From the NCBI GenBank assembly GCA_020846435.1, contig JADLDY010000035.1, forward strand, positions 6,077 to 70,076: a stretch of DNA of 64,000 nt, given 5' to 3'. The notes under the pieces are model-generated. The model searched no databases and was not told the DNA's origin. It saw nothing but the letters and a program-made list of their open reading frames with translations. Of this stretch, positions 8,766 through 17,656 are shown piece after piece; the stretch's first letter is position 1; each line of letters begins with the position of its first letter. The translations under genes and the position numbers were made by a program. This stretch comes from Deltaproteobacteria bacterium (GTDB taxonomy: Bacteria; Desulfobacterota; GWC2-55-46).

Positions 8766-10304
8766 ATGCTGATAGACAGACTCTTAACGCATTCGGCCGA
8801 AAGGCGGCCGTCGGCCGTCGCGTTCATCCAGGGCGAAAAACGCGCAACCTACGGCGAGCTCCATGACATGGCGAGCCGGATGTCGCGCGCATTGAGAGAT
8901 CTCGGGGTGCGGCGCGGGGACCGCGTGGCAATAGCCCTTGAGAACTCCATCGAGTACCTGGCCGCGCACTTCGGGGTCCTGATGACCGGAGGCGTCTCGG
9001 TCCCGGTATACCACGGCCTGCCGCCCGCCTCGTTCAACAGGATAGCGGCGGACTGCAAGCCTTTTGCCGTGATATCGAGGCCGCCGTTTTTCAGAAGCCT
9101 CCTGAAATCTCCGGTGGTTGCCGGAGGCGCGAAGCACATAATAGCCGGGCCTGTCTCTGATGAAGAAAAGGCCGGAGGGGCTCTCTCCTTTGCGGACTGC
9201 CTCTCCTCGCCGCTGTCTGCTGACAGGGAAGCAGGAACGCACGACGACCTCGCGACAATAATCTACACCTCCGGGACGACCGGAGACCCCAAAGGGGTGA
9301 TGCTCTCTCACCGCAACCTTGCGGCGAACACCAGCTCCATCGTCAGCTACCTCGGCCTTACGGCTGAAGACAGCGTCATGGTCGTTCTGCCTTTTTATTA
9401 TTCATACGGGAACTCTGTTCTGCTCTCGCACGTCATGCAGGGCGCGACCCTTGTCGCTGACAACAGGTTCATGTACCCGAACAAGGTCCTGGAGGCGATA
9501 GCGGCTGAAAAGGTCACAGGCTTCGCCGGAGTCCCATCGACCTTCGCGATAATGTGCCACAGGTCAAGCTTCAGGAACATGTCCTTCCCCGCGCTCAGAT
9601 ACATGACGCAGGCGGGAGGTGCCATGCCGCACGAGATGGCCTTCGAACTAATGAAAGTCGTTCCGCACGCGAAGATATACATCATGTACGGCCAGACAGA
9701 GGCCTCGGCAAGACTTTCGTACCTGCCTCCTGAGGACATATACAAGAAGGCGGGCTCGGTCGGCAAGGCGATACCCGGCGTCAAGCTCGAGGTCCTCGGC
9801 GAGGACGGACAGCCGGTGAAGCCCGGGGAGACCGGCGAGATAATCGCCTCCGGCGAGAACATAATGATGGGCTACTGGGGCAGACCGGCCGAGACAGAGG
9901 CCGTCCTCAAGGACGGGAGGCTTCGCACCGGGGACATGGCGACAGTCGACGAAGACGGCTACATCTACATAATGAGCCGCAAGACGGACATGATAAAGAG
10001 CGGCGCGCACAGGATAGCCCCCAGGGAGATAGAAGAGGCCCTGCTCAAGGACCCGGACGTCTTCGAGGCGGCTGTCGTAGGCAGGCCGGACAGCATACTC
10101 GGAGAGTCCATCTGCGCGTTCGTCGTCCTCAAGGACAATCAGATCTCTTCGGCAGACACGCTCCTCAGGGTCTGCCGCGAGCACCTTCCGGCCTACAAGA
10201 TACCGAAGAAGATCTTTTTCATGAAGTCCCTCCCGAAAACAGAGAACATGAAGGTAAAGAAGTCCGAGCTCAAAAAAATCCTGCAGACCAATGCCGAGGT
10301 GTAA
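8766..10304 (+). CDS. AMP-forming acyl-CoA/acyl-ACP ligase (adenylate-forming enzyme)
   Basis: AMP-binding motifs IIYTSGTTGDPKGV, YGQTE, TGD...DEDGYIYIMSRKTDMIKSG and a C-terminal K(V)KKSELK. Confidence 0.88.
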   Translation: MLIDRLLTHSAERRPSAVAFIQGEKRATYGELHDMASRMSRALRDLGVRRGDRVAIALENSIEYLAAHFGVLMTGGVSVPVYHGLPPASFNRIAADCKPFAVISRPPFFRSLLKSPVVAGGAKHIIAGPVSDEEKAGGALSFADCLSSPLSADREAGTHDDLATIIYTSGTTGDPKGVMLSHRNLAANTSSIVSYLGLTAEDSVMVVLPFYYSYGNSVLLSHVMQGATLVADNRFMYPNKVLEAIAAEKVTGFAGVPSTFAIMCHRSSFRNMSFPALRYMTQAGGAMPHEMAFELMKVVPHAKIYIMYGQTEASARLSYLPPEDIYKKAGSVGKAIPGVKLEVLGEDGQPVKPGETGEIIASGENIMMGYWGRPAETEAVLKDGRLRTGDMATVDEDGYIYIMSRKTDMIKSGAHRIAPREIEEALLKDPDVFEAAVVGRPDSILGESICAFVVLKDNQISSADTLLRVCREHLPAYKIPKKIFFMKSLPKTENMKVKKSELKKILQTNAEV

Positions 10305-10306
10305 AA

Positions 10307-11299
10307 GTGAAAATCTGCTCAAGATGCATACTGCCTGACACCTTTCCGGGCATAAAATTCGACGAACACGGCGTCTGCAGTCACTGCGCCGACTTCAAGG
10401 GAATAGAGGCTCTCAACGAGCACAAGAGGGAGTACGAAAAAAAGTTCCTCGACCTTGTAGGCCAGTCCCGCGAAAAGGGCGCTTACGACTGCATGATAGC
10501 GTACAGCGGCGGCAAGGACTCCACCTACACGCTCAAGGTATTGAAAGAGCGCTACAACCTGCGCATCCTCGCCCTCACCATAGACAACGGGTTTATCTCG
10601 GAGAGGGCTTTCAAGAACATGTGCTCGGTCTCGGAAAACCTCGGGGTCGACCACCTCATATTCCGTCCAAGGTTCGACCTGATGAAAAAGGTCTTTCTCA
10701 AGTCCTCTGAGAACGACATCTACTCGAAAAAAACACTCGAGAGGGCGTCAACGATCTGCACCTCGTGCATCGGCATAGTGAAGTTCGTGACACTGAAGAC
10801 CGCGATAGAAAAATCGGTCCCGCTCATCGCCTACGGCTGGTCTCCGGGACAGGCCCCTGTGCAGTCTTCGGTCATGAAGGTGAACCCGCAGCTCATAAGG
10901 GCGACCCAGGCGGCGACCCTCGGCCCGCTTTCGAAGCTCGTCGGCGACGAGGTCAACGCGTACTTTCTGACCGAGGATCACTTCGCGCTTGCCGACAGGT
11001 TCCCGCACAACGTGCATCCGCTGGCCTTCCTCGACTATAACGAGGAGCGGATAATAAAAGAAATAGGCCAGATAGGCTGGGAAGAGCCGGACGACACGGA
11101 CTCCAATTCGACCAACTGCCTCCTGAACGCCTACGCCAACGACGTGCACATAAAGAGGTTCGGCTTCCACCCCTATGTCTGGGAGATAGCGAACATGGTG
11201 CGCTCCGGCGTGATGGACAGGGAGGACGGCTACAAGAAGATTTACGGAGAACAACCGTCCGGGTTGCTCACCGTGGCAAAAAAAAGACTCGGCATTTAG
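10307..11299 (+). CDS. N-acetyl sugar amidotransferase (WbpG/PP-loop family)
   Basis: GTG start. N-terminal zinc-ribbon-like CSRCILPDT...HGVCSHC. PP-loop IAYSGGKDS. Size and layout match LPS/EPS N-acetyl sugar amidotransferases. Confidence 0.75.
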   Translation: MKICSRCILPDTFPGIKFDEHGVCSHCADFKGIEALNEHKREYEKKFLDLVGQSREKGAYDCMIAYSGGKDSTYTLKVLKERYNLRILALTIDNGFISERAFKNMCSVSENLGVDHLIFRPRFDLMKKVFLKSSENDIYSKKTLERASTICTSCIGIVKFVTLKTAIEKSVPLIAYGWSPGQAPVQSSVMKVNPQLIRATQAATLGPLSKLVGDEVNAYFLTEDHFALADRFPHNVHPLAFLDYNEERIIKEIGQIGWEEPDDTDSNSTNCLLNAYANDVHIKRFGFHPYVWEIANMVRSGVMDREDGYKKIYGEQPSGLLTVAKKRLGI

Positions 11300-11414
11300 G
11301 CGTCTGCCTTGCCTCCACAACCCCGGCATGACGGAATACCGCGCCGGAATTGAAGAGGCGGCAGGCCGCTGATGAAAAACAACTTTAAAATGCCATCCTT
11401 TTGAGTGCGGCTTA

Positions 11415-12977
11415 ATGAATGAAATAAACGACAAAATATGCGTCCCGTACACAGCCGAGCGCCAGAGATCGGACTTGATCAGGCTCGCGCTCATATTGGC
11501 CGCCTTCGCCGCCTTATATGCCCCTACAATACCGCTCCTGCTGTCTACATGGAAGTCCCCGGACTTTTCGCACGGCATAATTGTGCCGTTCGTAAGCGCG
11601 TACCTGATATGGCACAGGCGCGAGACGCTCAAGACGCTGCCGTTCGAACCGAGTTGGGTCCCCGGAATCATTGTAACGCTGGCCGGGCTCATAATACTCT
11701 TACTGGGCGTCACCGGAAGCGTCGTTGTAGTGGAAGAGGCCTCCATCATAGTGATGGTCCCCGGACTCATACTGCTGCTGCTTGGCACAAGGCACCTGAA
11801 GGCCATGGCGCTCCCGATCGGCTATCTTATCCTCATGGTCCCTGTCTTAACGCCGTTCCTTGATGCGATATACTGGCCGCTCCAGCTCATCACGGCCAAA
11901 CTGGCCGGCCTGATGCTGTCGGCCATCGGTGTTCCGGTTTTCCACAACAATCAGTTCCTCGAGCTGCCAAACATATCCCTTGAGGTGGCAAAGGAATGCA
12001 GCGGCGCGCAATTCCTCATCTCGGTGTTCGCCATAGCAATACCCCTTGCCTACCTCTCCCTTCGGAGAAGGAACGCAAAAATAGCGCTTTTTGCGCTGGC
12101 TTTCCTCATAACCATCTTCTCCAACTCCCTGAGAGTCACGCTTATCGGCTCTCTGGCCTATATCTACGACAAAAAATCCGCCCTGCACGGGCCTTATCAC
12201 ATACTGACCGGCTATTTCGTTTTTATGGTCGGGTTTGTTTTTCTGTTCCTGAGCACCTGGGTCATTGGCAGGTTTTCAAACAAGGCGCCCGATGAAAAAC
12301 GCACCAAGGAGGCGTCTTGCGTCTCTGTCCAGGGAAGCGCCAACAGCGAAAGGAGCTTCCGGAAAGCCTGGGCCGCGGCTCTTGTAATCCTCATTGGCGC
12401 CGGTCTCTTCGTCTATACATACAAAGCCACGCCTGTTTTGCTGGAAAAGCCGCTCTCTGAACTCCCCATGTCAATCGGCAGATGGAACGGGAATAATAAT
12501 GTCGCGCCCCATGAAACGCTCAGAGTCCCTGGAGCCGACTACGAGGCGACCAGGACTTACAGGAATTCGGACGGCAAAACAGTAGATCTGTATATCGCTT
12601 ATTTTACGTCTCAAACCCAGGGCCGGGAGCTGATAAACGCGCAATTTTCCGACCTTTACCGTAAAATAGAGCAAGTTGACCTGCCCCTGGACACAGGGGC
12701 CCGCATGAGCATAAATAAGGCCGTCATAAGGGATGGTTCCAGAGACTTTCTCGTCCTGTTCTGGTACGACTTGAACGGCAGGGTCATTGCCAACAGGAAC
12801 ATCGCCAAGCTCCAGACTGCGGTAGGCGGACTCATACACCGCCGCACAAACGGCGCCGTCGTCATGCTGGTGAGCCTCATGACGGCCGCCGATCAATCTC
12901 AGAGGGTTCTTGATGACGAAAAAGAGTTCATAAGCCATCTTCAACCTGTTTTAAGGGACTGGCTGCATCAGGATTAA
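11415..12977 (+). CDS. xrtA: exosortase (XrtA-like) fused to a C-terminal EpsI-family domain
   Basis: About 8 TM segments. Exosortase catalytic signatures are EVAKECSGAQF (Cys195, nt 11997-11999), FSNSLRV (Arg240) and LHGPYH. An extra TM and a ~190-aa soluble domain follow (EpsI-like). PrsK/R/T and PEP-CTERM genes are in the same locus. Confidence 0.85.
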   Translation: MNEINDKICVPYTAERQRSDLIRLALILAAFAALYAPTIPLLLSTWKSPDFSHGIIVPFVSAYLIWHRRETLKTLPFEPSWVPGIIVTLAGLIILLLGVTGSVVVVEEASIIVMVPGLILLLLGTRHLKAMALPIGYLILMVPVLTPFLDAIYWPLQLITAKLAGLMLSAIGVPVFHNNQFLELPNISLEVAKECSGAQFLISVFAIAIPLAYLSLRRRNAKIALFALAFLITIFSNSLRVTLIGSLAYIYDKKSALHGPYHILTGYFVFMVGFVFLFLSTWVIGRFSNKAPDEKRTKEASCVSVQGSANSERSFRKAWAAALVILIGAGLFVYTYKATPVLLEKPLSELPMSIGRWNGNNNVAPHETLRVPGADYEATRTYRNSDGKTVDLYIAYFTSQTQGRELINAQFSDLYRKIEQVDLPLDTGARMSINKAVIRDGSRDFLVLFWYDLNGRVIANRNIAKLQTAVGGLIHRRTNGAVVMLVSLMTAADQSQRVLDDEKEFISHLQPVLRDWLHQD

Positions 12978-13108
12978 CATTAACGGCATAGCGTGGAGCC
13001 GGTTGACGGGGCGCTCAGCGGCTTGAGAATGAAGGGCCTGACACGGCAAGCCGCCTCATGCATGGGTCACCAAAATTCTGACCTACGGCGACAGGACGGA
13101 CAAACAAT

Positions 13109-13699
13109 ATGATAGGCGCGATCATCAGAAGGTTTAACAGGATCTTCAGGCTCAGGAAGTACGACAGGTTCACCATAGCCGAGTACTTCCGCGAGCAGGG
13201 AGCGCAGATAGGCGAGGGCTGCAGCATCATACCCCGTATGCTCGGCACCGAGCCCTACCTCGTCAAAATAGGCAACCATGTGACCATAGCCTCCGGCGTG
13301 GTCTTCATAACACACGACGGAGGGTGCTGGATATTCAGGGAAGAGGTGCCTGACATCCAGGTCTTCGGCCCGATAATAATCGAGGACAACTGCGTGGTAG
13401 GGCAGAACGCCGTCCTCTTCCCAAACATACGCATAGGGAAAAATTCAATAGTCGGCGCCGGGTCGGTCGTCATCTCTGACGTCCCGCCAGACACGATAGT
13501 CATGGGCATCCCGGCAAGGCCTTTCGGCTCGATAGCCAAGTACAAGGAAAAGTGCCTCGAGAGATGGGCCGAGCAAAGGCCGCCTGACGTTGTACTGCGG
13601 CCCGGTGAGACATGGTGGAACTCGCCTGACGCATTGGAACACAGGGAAAAACTCAGAAAACACCTTTTGAAATTGTTCAAGAACGCGCTTGGGAGGTAA
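13109..13699 (+). CDS. hexapeptide-repeat (LbH) O-acyltransferase
   Basis: Left-handed beta-helix repeats: IGNHVTIASGVVF, IIEDNCVVGQNAVLFPNIRIGKNSIVGAGSVVISDVPPDTIVMGIPARP. Confidence 0.8.
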   Translation: MIGAIIRRFNRIFRLRKYDRFTIAEYFREQGAQIGEGCSIIPRMLGTEPYLVKIGNHVTIASGVVFITHDGGCWIFREEVPDIQVFGPIIIEDNCVVGQNAVLFPNIRIGKNSIVGAGSVVISDVPPDTIVMGIPARPFGSIAKYKEKCLERWAEQRPPDVVLRPGETWWNSPDALEHREKLRKHLLKLFKNALGR

Positions 13700-13706
13700 A
13701 GACCTT

Positions 13707-14426
13707 ATGAAAAACATCGCATATCAGCTCAACCCTCTTCTCGTGCTCCTCATGTCGGCGGTCTTTCTCGCGTTTGCGGGAGCCACGGCACTGGCCGCGG
13801 ACCAGGCAGGAAAGACAAGAGTTCTCCTTCTCGGGGCATCGGTCGGCCAGGACTGGGGTGTGGAAGGCCTGCCCAAGCGCCTCGGCAACGACCGCTTCGA
13901 GTTCGAAGCGGTACAGGCCTGGCAGTTCGACAAAACCGGGATGCTCGACGAAGTGCTCATGCGCCCCAAGAGAAAGTTCAAGGCCACGAAGTCATACTTC
14001 AAGGGGTTCCTGGAGCCTTCTCCTGTGAAGCCTGACATCATAGTCATAAAGGAGTGCGCGGCCTACTTCCCAGGAGACCTCGCGAGCTACAAGAGCATGG
14101 TCAAAAAATGGGTCGCCACCATACGGGCCGCGGGCAGGAAGCCGGCAATAGCCACCGTCTCGCCGATTACCAGGGTGCGCACCCTCACCCACCCCGGCAG
14201 AATAGAGTCGATAAGGGCATTCAACGACTGGGTAAGGGAGTACGCCGAGAGCGAAAATTTGCCGCTTATCGACATCGAGGCCGCGATGAGGACCGACACC
14301 AAGGAAAGGCTCCTCAGGGAGGAATACTCGACAGACGGGCTCCACCTGAACAGGAAGGCCTATGACGTACTCGACAAGGTACTGCTTGAGGCATCGGTAA
14401 AAGCCGTTTCACAGGGAAAACCCTAA
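13707..14426 (+). CDS. secreted SGNH/GDSL-like hydrolase (atypical block I)
   Basis: ATG at 13707 has a GGGAGG RBS 9 nt upstream. Signal peptide. LLGASVGQDWG (block I-like) and DGLHLN (block V DxxH). Confidence 0.55.
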   Translation: MKNIAYQLNPLLVLLMSAVFLAFAGATALAADQAGKTRVLLLGASVGQDWGVEGLPKRLGNDRFEFEAVQAWQFDKTGMLDEVLMRPKRKFKATKSYFKGFLEPSPVKPDIIVIKECAAYFPGDLASYKSMVKKWVATIRAAGRKPAIATVSPITRVRTLTHPGRIESIRAFNDWVREYAESENLPLIDIEAAMRTDTKERLLREEYSTDGLHLNRKAYDVLDKVLLEASVKAVSQGKP

Positions 14427-14429
14427 AAC

Positions 14430-15443
14430 ATGGACATGATCAAGCGGTCGTTGAAAAAAATCCTGTACAGCTCCGTGTCGAACGAGCTGGTACTGGGAGC
14501 CGCGAGAAAAAAGATGCTCGGAAAAAAGGTGGCCGTCCTCATGTACCATGAACTCGCCGGGGACGACGACGCGATTGAAGCGTGGACCATCGTCAGAAGA
14601 CAGGACTTTGTCCGGCAGATGGAGTACCTCAAGGCGCACTTTGATGTCGTCAGCATCGACGAGGCTATTCGAGCGAAAGAGAACGCCGGGAGGCAAAAGC
14701 CCCTGGCCGTAGTCACCTTTGACGACGGCTACGCCGGCAACAGGCGCTTCCTTCTGCCGCTCGTCAAGTCAATGGACCTGCCGGTCGCGATATTCGTTTC
14801 GACAGGCGCCGTCATAAGCCGCGAGCTGTACTGGTACGACAGGATAATATCGGCCTCGCAGTCAGAGCGCGAGATAACCCTCGACCTCAAATACATGGGG
14901 CTTGGCAGCTATTACCTCAACAGGACGCAAGGGGCGGCAAACTGGGCCCAGACGCAAAAACTGCTGGCCGACCTCAAGGAGATGCAACCGCTCGAAAGGA
15001 AGACCGCGGTCAAGCAGATACTCGAGACGCTGAAAGAACATACCGGCAAAGCCGGATACAGAATAAGCCACCTCACGGAACAGGAGATACGGGAGATGGC
15101 CGAATGCCCACTCGTGACATTCGGGGCGCACTCGCACTGCCACAGCATGCTGCCGCAGCTCAAGCAGGAGGCGATAGCAGAAAGCGTCATTAAATCCAAA
15201 AAGCTTCTGGAAAAATGGACCGGCAGACAGGTAAGGCACTTCGCCTACCCGAGCGGAGCCTACGACCTGAAGGTGATAGGCGTTTTAAAGGACGCCGGTT
15301 TTGATTCCAGCTTCACCACAAAAAGCAGGCCATGGGGCAAAGAGCCTCTTCTGGAGATACCGAGGATAGGCGTGGGCAGGTACGACCCGTTTGATTTTTT
15401 CAAAGTAAGGGTATCAGACGCGCTCAGTTTCCTGGACAGGTAA
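14430..15443 (+). CDS. polysaccharide deacetylase (NodB/CE4 family)
   Basis: NodB motifs VVTFDDGYAGN, FGAHSHCH and FAYPSGAY. Confidence 0.8.
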   Translation: MDMIKRSLKKILYSSVSNELVLGAARKKMLGKKVAVLMYHELAGDDDAIEAWTIVRRQDFVRQMEYLKAHFDVVSIDEAIRAKENAGRQKPLAVVTFDDGYAGNRRFLLPLVKSMDLPVAIFVSTGAVISRELYWYDRIISASQSEREITLDLKYMGLGSYYLNRTQGAANWAQTQKLLADLKEMQPLERKTAVKQILETLKEHTGKAGYRISHLTEQEIREMAECPLVTFGAHSHCHSMLPQLKQEAIAESVIKSKKLLEKWTGRQVRHFAYPSGAYDLKVIGVLKDAGFDSSFTTKSRPWGKEPLLEIPRIGVGRYDPFDFFKVRVSDALSFLDR

Positions 15444-15452
15444 AAAAGGACT

Positions 15453-16541
15453 ATGGAAATCAGAATACTGGACATAAACGAGATAGAGGCGAGAGAGACC
15501 GAATGGGAAAAACTGCTCTTGTCCATGAAGACCCCTTCGCCGTTCTGCTCTCTTGACCTCATCCTGCCATGGATGAGGCATTTCAAGGACGAATACAGCC
15601 CTCAGTGCGTCGGGTTCTTCGAAGGAGACGCGGCCAAAGGCTTCATGCCTCTGGCCATAAGCAACAGAAGCCTCGTTGAGGGCCGTGTCCTGACGTTCTG
15701 CGGAAGCACGGAGCTCTACTCCGATTATCTGGACATAGTCTCGGCCGAGGGCGACTCTGCCAGATGCCTCTCGGCGCTATGGGATTTTTTATCCGGCGAG
15801 GGGCTTTCCTGGGACCTTATCGACCTTTCGCTCATCTCAAAGGAAAGCGGCCTTATGAGCCAGATAACCGGCTCAAGCCCGCTTGAATGGGAGCTCAAAG
15901 AGAAGTCGACCGCCCCGTTCATCGACCTGACGCAGGGGTTCGAGGGGTTTTTGTCCGGGTTCAACGGCAAGCACAGGTACACCCTCAGGAAGAAAGTGAA
16001 CAAGCTCGCTGAGCAGGGTTTTTCATTCAATACCTGCGCCGAAGAGCTGATCCCGGAAGGGATCGAATCGCTCTTCAAGCTCCACGCCTTGAGGGCCACG
16101 AGCAAGGGCATTGAGAGCACTTTTTGCGGGGACAAACTCCTTGCCTTTCACAAGGACGCGGCCCGGCGCCTTAGCTCCAGCGGCAGGCTCTGGCTGAGGT
16201 TCCTCGAGAAAGAGGACAAGAGGATAGGGGCCTTCTACGGCTTTGAGCTGGGCGGAAAGCTCTTCTACTACCAGTTCGGCATCGACCCGGAATGGGAGCC
16301 GTTCAGCCCCGGCACGGTGCTCATGTACAAGGTCATAGAGGAAGCGTTCACAAAAGGATTGACCGAGTTTGATTTCCTGCGCGGCAATGAATCCTACAAA
16401 TATGGATGGACAAAGGCCGAACGGCCTCTCTTCGAGGCCCGCGCGTACAGGAGGAGCCTCAGAGGCAATTTATCCAAAACAGTATCCCATTCCAGGGACT
16501 TTTTGAAAAAACGCCTGAAGCGGCTCGCGGGCCAGGAATGA
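15453..16541 (+). CDS. GNAT-fold acetyltransferase of the CelD/BcsL / FemAB-related type
   Basis: 362 aa. KHRYTLRKKVNKL and the C-terminal FDFLRGNESYKYGW are typical of the CelD/Acetyltransf_6 family seen in EPS loci. Confidence 0.6.
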   Translation: MEIRILDINEIEARETEWEKLLLSMKTPSPFCSLDLILPWMRHFKDEYSPQCVGFFEGDAAKGFMPLAISNRSLVEGRVLTFCGSTELYSDYLDIVSAEGDSARCLSALWDFLSGEGLSWDLIDLSLISKESGLMSQITGSSPLEWELKEKSTAPFIDLTQGFEGFLSGFNGKHRYTLRKKVNKLAEQGFSFNTCAEELIPEGIESLFKLHALRATSKGIESTFCGDKLLAFHKDAARRLSSSGRLWLRFLEKEDKRIGAFYGFELGGKLFYYQFGIDPEWEPFSPGTVLMYKVIEEAFTKGLTEFDFLRGNESYKYGWTKAERPLFEARAYRRSLRGNLSKTVSHSRDFLKKRLKRLAGQE

Positions 16542-17653
16542 AGGTGCTTCAGCTTATCAGCAGCCGCGGCTTTTTCGGCGCGGAAAACGTCGTTGCCGAA
16601 CTCGCGTGCTCTCTCGAAGCCTCAGGCGACTCGGTTATCGTCGGCGTCTTCAACAACCGGCACACTGGAGATGCCGGCTCCTCAGAGCTCGCTGAACAGG
16701 CCGCGAAGAGGGGGCTAAGGACGAAGTCGTTCGAATGCGGAGGGCGCATTGACCTCAAGACGGTCGGCGCAATACGCCGGTTCTGCCGGGAGAACGGGGT
16801 GGAAGTCATCCACTCCCACGGCTACAAGTCGAACATATACTCGTACCTCGCGAACAGGTCGCTGAAAAAAAGACTCGTCACGACCTGCCACAACTGGATA
16901 AACGCCAGCTCGAGGATGAGCATATACACGAAGCTCGACAAGTTTTTTCTAAAGCGCTTCGACATCGTCGCCGCTGTCTCGGACGACGTAAAAAACCAGC
17001 TCCTCAAGGCCGGAATCGACCCTGAAAAGCTCCGGCTCATAGGCAACGGGATAAACCTTGAGAAGTTCAGAGGAGCGGGAAGCGCCCGCCAGAGGACAAG
17101 AGAGAGCCTCGGCATCCCCGGCAACGCCGTTGTCGTCGGCACGGTCGGCAGACTCTCGCCGGAGAAGGGCTACGGCTTTCTTCTCGAGGCCGCAAAAGAG
17201 GTGCTTGCTAAAAGAAAGGACTGTTTTTTTCTTTTCGTCGGGGACGGAGAGATCAGGGACTCCCTCGAGGAAAAAGCGGCCTCGCTCGGCATCAGCGGGC
17301 AAGTGGTCTTCGCTGGCAAACGCTCCGACATACCCGAGGCGCTCTCGGCAATGGACGTCTTCGTCCTCTCTTCGTTGACAGAGGGGCAGCCAATGGCCCT
17401 CCTTGAGGCTATGGCGGCAGGCGTCCCTTCTGTCTGCACAGCCGTAGGGGACGTGCCCAAGATATTAAGGGGCGGAGAGGCAGGCATCATCGTGCCGCCC
17501 TCAGAGAGCGGGAAGCTCGCCGAAGGTATACTGCGCCTCCTCAAAGACAGAGAGCTCGGCGCGTCTCTTTCCGCAAGGGCGGCCGCGACTGTTGCAGAGC
17601 TTTACTCATCAGGAAGGATGGCGGCCGAGTACAGGGCCTGCTACAAAGGATAG
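16538..17653 (+). CDS. glycosyltransferase family 4 (GT-B)
   Basis: ATGA overlap with the upstream stop; the 16406 extension was rejected. MKVLQLISSRGFFGAE N-terminus. C-terminal EX7E-type region SLTEGQPMALLEAMAAGVP. Confidence 0.85.
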   Translation: MKVLQLISSRGFFGAENVVAELACSLEASGDSVIVGVFNNRHTGDAGSSELAEQAAKRGLRTKSFECGGRIDLKTVGAIRRFCRENGVEVIHSHGYKSNIYSYLANRSLKKRLVTTCHNWINASSRMSIYTKLDKFFLKRFDIVAAVSDDVKNQLLKAGIDPEKLRLIGNGINLEKFRGAGSARQRTRESLGIPGNAVVVGTVGRLSPEKGYGFLLEAAKEVLAKRKDCFFLFVGDGEIRDSLEEKAASLGISGQVVFAGKRSDIPEALSAMDVFVLSSLTEGQPMALLEAMAAGVPSVCTAVGDVPKILRGGEAGIIVPPSESGKLAEGILRLLKDRELGASLSARAAATVAELYSSGRMAAEYRACYKG

Positions 17654-17656
17654 CTT

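Noticed and set aside
10748-11806. 352-aa minus-strand ORF spanning the amidotransferase 3' end, the intergenic gap and the exosortase 5' end
   Set aside because: It is antisense to two well-supported plus-strand genes with clear motifs. Its Arg/Gly/Pro-rich, low-complexity translation is typical of shadow ORFs in GC-rich DNA. It has no RBS or recognisable domain.
16406-16537. Upstream extension of the GT4 ORF
   Set aside because: It lies entirely inside the preceding acetyltransferase gene. The ATG at 16538 forms an ATGA overlap, and MKVLQL... is a typical GT4 N-terminus.
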